Positions 37,161 through 45,232 of a stretch of 64,000 nucleotides of DNA are shown here, in pieces. Origin of the DNA: SAR324 cluster bacterium. Lineage in GTDB: Bacteria > SAR324 > XYD2-FULL-50-16 > HCM1. A model generated the notes under the pieces. That model saw only the letters and a program-made list of their open reading frames with translations, had not been told where the DNA came from and did no database searches. The number at the start of each line of letters is the position of its first letter. Position 1 is the stretch's first letter. The position numbers and the translations under genes were made by a program. The stretch spans positions 67,623 through 131,622 of the forward strand of contig PUHO01000006.1 of NCBI GenBank assembly GCA_002995645.1. Direction: 5' to 3'.

Positions 37161-39626
37161 CTTCTCGTAACCGCTTTATAATCCCGCACTACTTCAGTTA
37201 AAAACGAGGTATCGCAAACCGGCTTCTTGTACTCCCTCCGCAAGCATTTCTCTAGTCGCTTATCTTGCAAGTTATATTACCCTCTCGCAAACACTGCTTA
37301 AAACAATAATAAAGGCGTGCCCTTCCTTCGTTTAGAGTTATAACCCACTCTCATACGAACACTACTTTAAGCAAGGAAGAGAACCACAATGCAAGCCGTC
37401 TTCTTTTACGCCCTCCGCAAGCTCTTCTCTACTCGCTTATCTTGTAAGTTATATTACTCTCTCGCAAACACTGCTTTAATCCCTAATGCTATCACTATAT
37501 AAACTTACTCTATAACCTCGCCTATAAGAGATTGCAGGTTAGTACTATTTTACTTCTTTGTTTTGATGTGGAAGAGGGGAAGCTTTATTTATATCATCAC
37601 TATATAAAGCTATGCTGGAAGTTTAGTTGCCTAGTTTCAGGCTTTGCAAAAGAAAGATCATTCATAATGCAAGCCGGCTTCTTTTATAAGCCCCCTGCAA
37701 TCTCTTTTCTACTCGCTTATCTTGCAAGTTATATTACTTTCTCGCAAATGCTTTTTCAATCAAGACGTTCACGCTTGCCAGCTTTACTTGCGTCCAATCT
37801 CCACACAAGCACTGCTTTAATCTCTATCGCTAGCACTATATAAACTTACTCTATAACCCTGCCTATAAGAGATTGAAGGTTAGTACTATTTTACTTCTTG
37901 CTTTTGATGTGGAAGAGAGGAAGCTTTATTTATATCATCACTATATAAAGCTATGATTGCCTAGTTTCAGGCGTTGCAAGAGGAAGATAACCGCAAGCCG
38001 GCTTCTTTTACGCCCTCCGCAAACTCGTCTCTACTCGCTTATCTTGCAAGTTATATTACTCCCTCGCAAATGCTTCTCTAGTCGCTTATCTTGTCAGTTA
38101 TATTACTCTCTCGCAAATGCTTTTTCAGTCAAGGCGTTCACGTTTGCCAGCTTTACTTGCGTCCAATCTCCACACAAGCACTATATAAACTTACTCTATA
38201 ATCTCGCCTATAAGAGATTGCAGGTTAGTACTATTTTACTTCTTTGTTTTGATATGGAAGAGGGGAAGCTTTATTTATATCATCACTCTATAAAGCTATG
38301 ATTGCATATTTTCAGGCGTTGCAAAAGGAAGAGAACCGCAATGCAAGCCGGCTTTTTTACGCCCCCTGCAATCTCTTTTCTACTCGCTTATCTTGCAAGT
38401 TATATTACTCTCTCGCAAGCTCTTTTCTAGCCGCTTATCTTGTAAGTTATATTACTCTCTCGCAAGCTCTTTTCTACTCGCTTATCTTGTAAATTATATT
38501 ACTCTATCGCAAATGCTTTTTCAGTCAAGGCGTTCACGTTTGCCAGCTTTACTTGCGTCTAATCTCCCACACTCAAGCACTGCTTTAATCCCTAATGCTA
38601 TCACTATATAAACTTACTCTATAACCTCGCCTATAATAGATTGAAGGTTAGTACTATTTTACTTCTTTGTTTTGATATGGAAGAAGGGAAGCTTTATTTA
38701 TATCATCACTATATAAAGCTATGCTAGAAGTTTGCTTGCCTAGTTTCAGGCTTTGCAAAAGGAAGAGAACCGCAATGCAAGCCGGCTTCTTTTATAAGCC
38801 CCCCCGCAAACTCTTCTCTAATCGCTTATCTTGCAAGTTATATTACTCTCTCGCAAGCACTGCTTTAATCTCTAGCACTATATAAACTTACTCTATAACC
38901 CCGCCTATAAGAAATTGAAGGTTAGTACTATTTTACTTCTTGCTTTTGATGTGGAAGAGGGGAAGCTTTATTTATATCATCATAAAGCTATGCTGGTAGT
39001 TTGCTTGCCTAGTTTCAAGCGTTGCAAAAGGAAGAGCATTCATAATGCAAGCCGGCTTTTTTACGCCCTCCGCAAGCACTTCTCTACTCGCTTATCTTGC
39101 AAGCTATATTACTCTCTCGCAAACTCTTCTCTAGTCGCTTATCTTGTAAGTTATATTACTCTCTCGCAAGCACTGCTTTAATCCCTAATGCTAGCACTAT
39201 ATAAACTTACTCTATAACCCCGCCTATAATAGATTGCAGGTTAGTACTATTTTACTTCTTTGTTTTGATGTGGAAAAGGGGAAGCTTCATTTATATCATC
39301 ACTATATAAAGCTATGCTGGTAGTTTGGTTGCCTAGTTTCAGGCTTTGCAAAAGAGAGAGCATCGCAAGCCGGCTTCTTTTACGCCCTCCGCAAGCTCTT
39401 CTCTAGTCGCTTATCTTGCAAGTTATATTACTTTCTCGCAAGCACTGCTTTAATCTCTAGCGCTATCAGTATATAAACTTACTCTATAACCTCGTCTATA
39501 AGAGATTGCAGGTTAGTACTATTTTACTTCTTGGTTTTGATATGGAAGAGGGGAAGCTTTATTTATATCATCACTATATAAAGCTATGCTAGGAATTTGG
39601 TTGCCTAGTTTCAGGCGTTGCAAAAA
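37161..39626. repeat. Roughly 2.5-kb hierarchical (higher-order) non-coding tandem repeat array
   Basis: Seven units whose A module (CTTACTCTATAAC...) starts at 37504, 37845, 38190, 38613, 38887, 39206 and 39478, preceded by a degenerate leader (37161-37503). Unit length varies (341, 345, 423, 274, 319, 272 bp) through 1-3 copies of a 47-bp sub-repeat and an optional module of about 61 bp. Confidence 0.95.
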
Positions 39627-39653
39627 AATCTTTACTTCTTTGAAGAAACAAAG
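39622..39653 (-). terminator. Rho-independent terminator of the tRNA-Lys/tRNA-Glu operon
   Basis: On the minus strand: CTTTGTTTC-TTCAAA-GAAGTAAAG (9-bp stem with two G-U pairs) followed by ATTTTTTT. It lies about 75 nt downstream of tRNA-Glu. Confidence 0.65.
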
Positions 39654-39726
39654 CTTATAACATAGTAAAATACTACGTAGTAATTGCAAAATAATAAAAT
39701 GTACGTGGAATGAGCAAGAAAAATTG

Positions 39727-39799
39727 CATCCCCAAGGGGATTCGAACCCCTGCCGTCGCCGTGAAAGGGCGATGTCCTAGGCCTCTAGACGATGGGGAC
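39727..39799 (-). tRNA. tRNA-Glu (anticodon UUC)
   Basis: Reverse complement GTCCCCATCGTCTAGAGGCCTAGGACATCGCCCTTTCACGGCGACGGCAGGGGTTCGAATCCCCTTGGGGATG folds into a cloverleaf. Anticodon loop CTTTCAC, T-loop TTCGAAT. CCA is not encoded. Confidence 0.93.
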
Positions 39800-39818
39800 A
39801 CTATAGCAAGCAGTATAT

Positions 39819-39894
39819 TGGTGAGCCGAGCGGGGATCGAACCCACGACAACCTGATTAAAAGTCAGATGCTCTACCAACTGAGCTACCGGCCC
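39819..39894 (-). tRNA. tRNA-Lys (anticodon UUU)
   Basis: Reverse complement GGGCCGGTAGCTCAGTTGGTAGAGCATCTGACTTTTAATCAGGTTGTCGTGGGTTCGATCCCCGCTCGGCTCACCA. Anticodon loop CTTTTAA, T-loop TTCGATC. CCA is encoded. Confidence 0.93.
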
Positions 39895-39910
39895 CAACCA
39901 ATATTTTTTA

Positions 39911-39939
39911 ATTATATACAGATACTTTCTAAATGTCAA
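39911..39939 (-). promoter_or_regulatory. Consensus sigma70 promoter of the tRNA operon
   Basis: On the minus strand: TTGACA, 17-nt spacer, TATAAT (both hexamers perfect consensus), ending 16 nt upstream of the tRNA-Lys 5' end. Confidence 0.7.
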
Positions 39940-39957
39940 CTACTTTTTTATCTTTTT

Positions 39958-40986
39958 TTAAACGCCTAATGTTTGCCCTACAGAACGTAAGTCTTTAGCT
40001 GCTTCCATAACGCGTTTAGCCATGCCCTCTTCCGCTTTCTTACTGTAATTACGCGGATCATACACTTTCTTATTTCCTACTTCGCCTTCTATTTTTAACA
40101 CCCCGTCATAGTTCTTAAACATATGCTCAACAATCGGTCTAGTATAAGCATATTGCGTATCTGTATCTACGTTCATCTTAATCACGCCATAATCTAGCGT
40201 TTCTTGAATATCCTCTAAACTCGATCCAGAACCGCCGTGAAATACTAAATCCATACGTGCTTGCTCACCATATTTTGCCGCAACAGCATCTTGCCCTTCT
40301 TTAAGAATTTTAGGGCGTAGTTGCACGTTCCCCGGTTTATATACGCCATGAACGTTGCCAAAAGTAGCGGCTAACATAAAACGACTACCTACTTGAGATA
40401 ATTTATCATATACGTATAACATATCGTCTGTTGTAGTATACAATTTATCGGCTGGTAAATGCTCATTAGAAACGCCGTCTTCTTCTCCACCAACAACGCC
40501 GGCTTCCACTTCTAAAATAATATCATTTGCCGCGCATCTACCTAGCAATGCAACAGCTATATCCATATTCTTTGTTAAAGTGATTGTGCTGCCGTCAAAC
40601 ATATGAGAATTAAACAAATTAGGTTGCCCTTGCGCTCTTCTTTTTCTTGTTTCTTCTATTAAAACTTCAACAAAAACAGGAAGTTTCGTTTCAACGCAAT
40701 GATCCGTATGTAATGCCACATTAATATTATATTTATCGGCAACTAGATGAACGTGTTGCGCTAAAGAAACAGCGCCAAGTGCCATATCTTTTACTAACGA
40801 GCCTGATGCAAATTCGCCGCCGCCAGTTGAAACTTGTATAATGCCGTCGCTTTTTGCTTCAGCTAAACCTTGCAAGACTGCATTAATCGTACTTGTTGAC
40901 GTTATATTAAAGGCAGGCAATGCAAATTTATTCTTTTTTGCCGTATCTAGCATTTTGCAATATTTTTGATAATCTACAACAGGCAT
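39958..40986 (-). CDS. fba: Class II fructose-1,6-bisphosphate aldolase
   Basis: 342-aa ORF. ALPAFNITS, LHTDHC, FNSHMFDGS and VFHGGSGS motifs typical of class II FBA. Confidence 0.93.
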   Translation of the reverse strand: MPVVDYQKYCKMLDTAKKNKFALPAFNITSTSTINAVLQGLAEAKSDGIIQVSTGGGEFASGSLVKDMALGAVSLAQHVHLVADKYNINVALHTDHCVETKLPVFVEVLIEETRKRRAQGQPNLFNSHMFDGSTITLTKNMDIAVALLGRCAANDIILEVEAGVVGGEEDGVSNEHLPADKLYTTTDDMLYVYDKLSQVGSRFMLAATFGNVHGVYKPGNVQLRPKILKEGQDAVAAKYGEQARMDLVFHGGSGSSLEDIQETLDYGVIKMNVDTDTQYAYTRPIVEHMFKNYDGVLKIEGEVGNKKVYDPRNYSKKAEEGMAKRVMEAAKDLRSVGQTLGV

Positions 40987-41134
40987 AGTATCTCCTTAAG
41001 TAAGTTAATAATTATTCAAATCGATTAAGTATATCATAATATAAAAAAGGTGTCACTTTATTTTATATATTTCTCTATTACACTGTAAAACCGCCCTCCC
41101 TATTTTTTAACGGTTTTATATGTAAATCTTAAGT

Positions 41135-44011
41135 TTATTGCGCAGGCGAAGGTTGTTTCCCTAAATAATCTTTAAATTGCATATTATTTACTAAAATATC
41201 TTTTGTTTTACGTACCAAGGGAAGCCACATTGCGTCTTTTCCGTCCGGTCTTTTTAATAAAGCATTTAATAACGTTAGCGCTTGTTTATTTTGTCCGTAT
41301 TCCATTAATATTTCTGCTTTATGGTATTTAGCCCAGGGAACTTCTTTTGCCTTTGGATAATAAGCAATCGCTTTATCATACGCCTCTAAAGCTTCATGTA
41401 AAGATTTTTCTTGGAACAGTAATTCCCCAATAGCATAGAAAGATTCTACAATATAAGGCAAAATATGTTCTGATTGTAATGGATGTTCATAATTTGACGT
41501 TGCTTGTTGGTAAGCGTAAATTGCATTACGATACTTCCCAATACTTTCATAGACTTTAGCTAAAGAATACCATGTTTTTGCCACTATTTCTCTATCTAGT
41601 AAATTACTTGTGTTTTCATAATCTTTGATAGTTTGGCGATATATATTAATCGTTTTTTCAACTCTATCTGGCAATTGCGTTTGCAAGTTAACGTCACCGT
41701 ACAGTTTTTTAACAATAGGCGTATGCACTGAAATAGGATATTTTTCTATAAAAGAACCGTAAATTTTTTGCGCTTCCGCATAATTACCAATAGCTTGTTG
41801 CGCTCTTCCTTTATTAACTAAAGCAACTTCGCGTAAAGGGGAATCTTTTTGTTCAAGAACTTGATCTAAATAGGTAATAGCTTGTTTATATAATTTTAGT
41901 TGATAATACGAATCAGCGACTTCAAATAGAGGCGCTTCTTTTGAAACGTCCTTTTTTTGAGTCGATGCATAACTAGATACTAAATTATCTTGGCAAGCAT
42001 TAGATGCGGTATGGACATAATACCCATTATTATACTTTTCAAACACACCTAGCAATTCCATATATTGTCTTGTTTTATATAAAGACATTAAATATTCTGT
42101 TAATAAACTTTCTTGCTTATCTCGTAAAACAGGATATTTTACATATATATTTGTTGGGTAATCATGGCAAAATTGTTCCATTGCTTTAAGTGCAAGTCGG
42201 TAGTAATGAAACATACCTAACAATAAAGCTTTATGTAGTTTTGCCTTTTCAACAAAAGAAGACAAAGGATAATTTTTTATAATATAATCATAGATAGCCA
42301 ACGATTTTTTGAAGGCCTCTTGCGTTGGTGAAATAGCTACTAAATTAGCAATATTCATTTTAGCAAGTATATAAAAATCAAGGTCTTCTTTTCTTGTAGC
42401 TCTTTGGTAGGCAATAATAGCATCTTTATAACGATGTTGTTTTCTTAACATATCGCCAATACGAATCGAGACAAGGTTGCTAAATTTTTCATCAGGAAAC
42501 AGCGAGTCGAGCTCTTCATATAGTTCCCTTGCAATACCGTAATTCTCTGTTTGATAATAGGTTTCTGCAATATGAAATAAAAGAACGGCGTCTGATTTTC
42601 TAAATTCAGGATCTAACTTTCTTGCTATAGTAAAACTAAGTTTAGCTTGTTCATAATGCTTTTGTTGGAACTGTACTTCTCCTAGTTTATAATAAGCAAA
42701 CGGGACTTGCGGCGAATTACTCACTTGCTGAATAAACTGGGCAAATGCTTCTTCTGCTTTGGCATAGCGTTTTAACTCTAGTTGAATAATCCCTGTTTCA
42801 AAAATAGCTTGTTGCGTAAACGGCGAAGACTCGTAATATTGTCGTAACGTATCAAAATAGGACAACGCCACTGCATACGATTTAATATCAAAATTAATTT
42901 TACCCATATTATAATAGGCTCTTGGCATATCTTCAAAGCCTTTATCTGCTGTTAAAGCGCTTGCAATAGCGGCATTATATTCAGAAACAATAAAATCAGC
43001 ATTAGCTTGGCTTTTGTTTGCTTTTTCTATTTCATAAAAGGAATCGGCAGCTCTAAAGTTAGCGCGCAACCCTAGTGGAGTATAAGGCGTGTAATTAGAT
43101 ATATTGCGAAAAGCAATTGCCGCTTCTTTGAATTTTCCATTTCTATATAATTCTTCTGCTGTTTGGAATTTATTTATAACAAACAAATTTGGTTTTGCTA
43201 GTTTATTTTGACTTGCTTGCGCTTGCTGCCTTTTTTCTAGCTCAGCATCTTCCATTGCAACTGTTTTCTTTGTATTTGAACTTAACGTAATATATAATTG
43301 ATAGGTTTTATTACTTTTTCTATGTTTAACATTAAGCGTATATATTTCAGGGGCAAACGATATGGATAAATATTCTTTTTCTTTTTTCACGGTGAACTTA
43401 GACACAATAAGACTTTCCCCGTTAGATTCAACAAATCCTTTTCCAATAGCTCCATTGAGTATATGAAAACGAATAATACTTCCTTTTCTAGATTTATCGC
43501 GAATAAAATTATATTGGAAAGGCTTATCAAAACTAAAGACAAACAATTCTTCTTTAGACTTAATTTCCCTTGTCATTTCAAGCAAACTAACGCCAGTAAA
43601 AGCATTTTTGCCATTAGTGGGAAGAAGAAAACGAAACTCTACGTTCGTGGAATCTTTGCGCTGTGGGATTACTTCAAAACGAATATCCGGTGCTTGCAGC
43701 CTAATTTGTAGCCACATTTCGGACTCCCCTATTTTGAGCCACTTAACACCGCGTATAGCAGTAGATGCTATATTTTGCTTCATACGAAAACTAGCGGCAG
43801 CACTCGTTTTAAGAAATTTAACAGTAATTACCTGTTCTTCCTTATGACGAACGATTTCAAATAAAGGTTGTTTAGAGAAATGTAAAATAAGCTGCGTTTG
43901 CTCAGGCGTGTTTAGCTCTTGCTGCATATTAATAATATGCGCATCTAAAGCAAAAACAGAAGAGGCATAGCACAAAGAAATAGCTAAAAGCGCAATTAGT
44001 TTTGTATACAT
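41135..44011 (-). CDS. Large secreted TPR-repeat protein
   Basis: 958-aa ORF. Signal peptide ...SSVFALD, beta-rich N-terminal region of about 250 aa, then many TPR-like helical pairs (e.g. YEQAKLSFTIARKLDPEF, YKDAIIAYQRATRKED, YRNAIYAYQQATSNYE, LHEALEAYDKAIAYYP). Confidence 0.75.
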   Translation of the reverse strand: MYTKLIALLAISLCYASSVFALDAHIINMQQELNTPEQTQLILHFSKQPLFEIVRHKEEQVITVKFLKTSAAASFRMKQNIASTAIRGVKWLKIGESEMWLQIRLQAPDIRFEVIPQRKDSTNVEFRFLLPTNGKNAFTGVSLLEMTREIKSKEELFVFSFDKPFQYNFIRDKSRKGSIIRFHILNGAIGKGFVESNGESLIVSKFTVKKEKEYLSISFAPEIYTLNVKHRKSNKTYQLYITLSSNTKKTVAMEDAELEKRQQAQASQNKLAKPNLFVINKFQTAEELYRNGKFKEAAIAFRNISNYTPYTPLGLRANFRAADSFYEIEKANKSQANADFIVSEYNAAIASALTADKGFEDMPRAYYNMGKINFDIKSYAVALSYFDTLRQYYESSPFTQQAIFETGIIQLELKRYAKAEEAFAQFIQQVSNSPQVPFAYYKLGEVQFQQKHYEQAKLSFTIARKLDPEFRKSDAVLLFHIAETYYQTENYGIARELYEELDSLFPDEKFSNLVSIRIGDMLRKQHRYKDAIIAYQRATRKEDLDFYILAKMNIANLVAISPTQEAFKKSLAIYDYIIKNYPLSSFVEKAKLHKALLLGMFHYYRLALKAMEQFCHDYPTNIYVKYPVLRDKQESLLTEYLMSLYKTRQYMELLGVFEKYNNGYYVHTASNACQDNLVSSYASTQKKDVSKEAPLFEVADSYYQLKLYKQAITYLDQVLEQKDSPLREVALVNKGRAQQAIGNYAEAQKIYGSFIEKYPISVHTPIVKKLYGDVNLQTQLPDRVEKTINIYRQTIKDYENTSNLLDREIVAKTWYSLAKVYESIGKYRNAIYAYQQATSNYEHPLQSEHILPYIVESFYAIGELLFQEKSLHEALEAYDKAIAYYPKAKEVPWAKYHKAEILMEYGQNKQALTLLNALLKRPDGKDAMWLPLVRKTKDILVNNMQFKDYLGKQPSPAQ

Positions 44012-44114
44012 AACAGTAAAATAAAAACCTTTTTAAATATACTAAAGTCTATGTTTTATAAAGCAAAAGTCACGCCCTTTTTAACAAACAAGACAAATAA
44101 ACTATATTATTTTA

Positions 44115-44534
44115 TTATAAAGAAAAGTTTTTATATTCTTGATAGGAATAGCTAAACGGAACAGAACGAAATTGTTCTTTTTTGTGAGGCGTCCAATCTT
44201 TTAGGGAAATACATTCACCTTGGAATTTCCCATCTGATTCGACAATAAAATTACTTGTGTAAACAATACCTTTGAGGCTAGCCGCAGGCTGGATATGTAA
44301 ACACTCAATAGCTTTAATGCTACCTTCCATTTGCCCGGCAATAATAACGTGATTTGCTAAGATTTCAGCTTCCACAACGGCATCACTGCCTATCATTACA
44401 ATATCCTTATCCCCGCCGCCTTGAATAGTACCTTGAAAGTACCCGTCAATACGAAAAATACCAGTAAAGTTAATCGTACCTGCAAAGCTACTATCTTTCC
44501 CCAAAATACCGTTTAAATTAGACCGGGATATCAT
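44115..44534 (-). CDS. Bactofilin (DUF583) cytoskeletal protein
   Basis: 139-aa ORF. Beta-helical repeat pattern FAGTINFTGIFRIDGYFQGTIQG...VVEAEILANHVIIAGQMEGSIKA...ASLKGIVYTSNFIVESDGKFQGE. Confidence 0.85.
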   Translation of the reverse strand: MISRSNLNGILGKDSSFAGTINFTGIFRIDGYFQGTIQGGGDKDIVMIGSDAVVEAEILANHVIIAGQMEGSIKAIECLHIQPAASLKGIVYTSNFIVESDGKFQGECISLKDWTPHKKEQFRSVPFSYSYQEYKNFSL

Positions 44535-44535
44535 A

Positions 44536-45210
44536 TTAAATCTGCACCGCTTCTTTAAGTGGAATACGTCGTTTTAAAACGACACTTCCTTTATAAGTAT
44601 AAGCAAATATCATAGCTTCTTCATAAGCATCAAGGTCATTAGGGACTTCAAACTTAGCTTGGAAGTTTTTAGATACGTTTTTAGCAAGCCAGTAATTTTT
44701 ACCATGTTTATAATTGGTAGGATAGCCGTTAGAAGAAACGGAAAAATTCTCTTTACTAAAGTATTCCGGTTTGCCGCCTGTTCGTTTTACTAACATAACA
44801 AAAAGATAGCCACCAACAGCATGGCGAACACTAGAAGTGTTTTTTATACCAAAATTAATTTTAACTTGATTTTTATCATGAGAAACAGATAAATGCTCTA
44901 ATGCAAGAGCTAATTTGTTTTCTTCTTCTACATTGATTATTTTAGGCGCTTTCCAAAAAAACGACTCTGTTTTTAATGATTGTTTTGCTTCTATAACATT
45001 TTCTGTTTTCGTGTGTTTAGTAAGCAACTGATGTTTTAACGCAGTAATATTATTTTTTTGTATAAAAAAAGAAATACAAAAAAAGCCTAATGCTAAAATA
45101 AGAATAAACCCAAAGAAAGCAATAGTATAAATTATACTAGGTTTAAGAGAAAAAGACAAAGAATGAGTCTTGCCTCCGGTGATAACAACATGATAATTGG
45201 AATTTTGCAT
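44536..45210 (-). CDS. Hypothetical single-pass membrane protein
   Basis: 224-aa ORF. One TM helix (IIYTIAFFGFILILALGFFCISFFI). The stop is 1 nt from the bactofilin start, so it is probably co-transcribed. Confidence 0.6.
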   Translation of the reverse strand: MQNSNYHVVITGGKTHSLSFSLKPSIIYTIAFFGFILILALGFFCISFFIQKNNITALKHQLLTKHTKTENVIEAKQSLKTESFFWKAPKIINVEEENKLALALEHLSVSHDKNQVKINFGIKNTSSVRHAVGGYLFVMLVKRTGGKPEYFSKENFSVSSNGYPTNYKHGKNYWLAKNVSKNFQAKFEVPNDLDAYEEAMIFAYTYKGSVVLKRRIPLKEAVQI

Positions 45211-45232
45211 GTCCTAAAATAAATTAATAAAA

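Noticed and set aside
37531-37620. A short TTG-initiated ORF of about 28-30 codons conserved in every A module ((Q/K)VSTILLL(C/A/G)FD(V/M)EE(G/R)KLYLYHHYIKL).
   Set aside because: It is present in all seven units, but almost all inter-unit substitutions are nonsynonymous, the putative SD is only 1-2 nt from the start, and stop positions vary. This is more consistent with non-coding conservation.
37532-39181. Five ORFs (64-114 aa) on the plus strand inside the repeat array (37532-37843, 37957-38301, 38298-38492, 38393-38611, 38915-39181).
   Set aside because: Their frames and boundaries differ from unit to unit, they start at non-ATG codons without Shine-Dalgarno sequences, and the 47-bp sub-repeat shifts the frame. 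The peptides are just translations of the DNA repeat.
27076-39626. Whether the 155-bp array or the 2.5-kb array could be CRISPR arrays.
   Set aside because: Units abut directly with no unique spacers, the repeat lengths (155 bp; 270-420 bp; 47-bp sub-repeats without spacers) are wrong, and no cas genes are nearby.
39640-39726. A possible dif/Xer site or replication-terminus signature in the unique stretch between the array and tRNA-Glu (TTATAACATAG resembles part of a XerD arm).
   Set aside because: Only about 7 of 11 positions match one arm and there is no recognisable second arm or central region. There is no clear gene-orientation switch in the window.
37161-39900. A genomic island or integrative element at the tRNA genes.
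   Set aside because: There is no integrase, transposase or cargo ORF, no direct repeat of a tRNA 3' end, and the interval is filled entirely by the repeat array.
39673-39939. An 88-aa minus-strand ORF.
   Set aside because: It is entirely explained by tRNA-Glu, tRNA-Lys and their promoter region. The translation contains the tRNA sequences.
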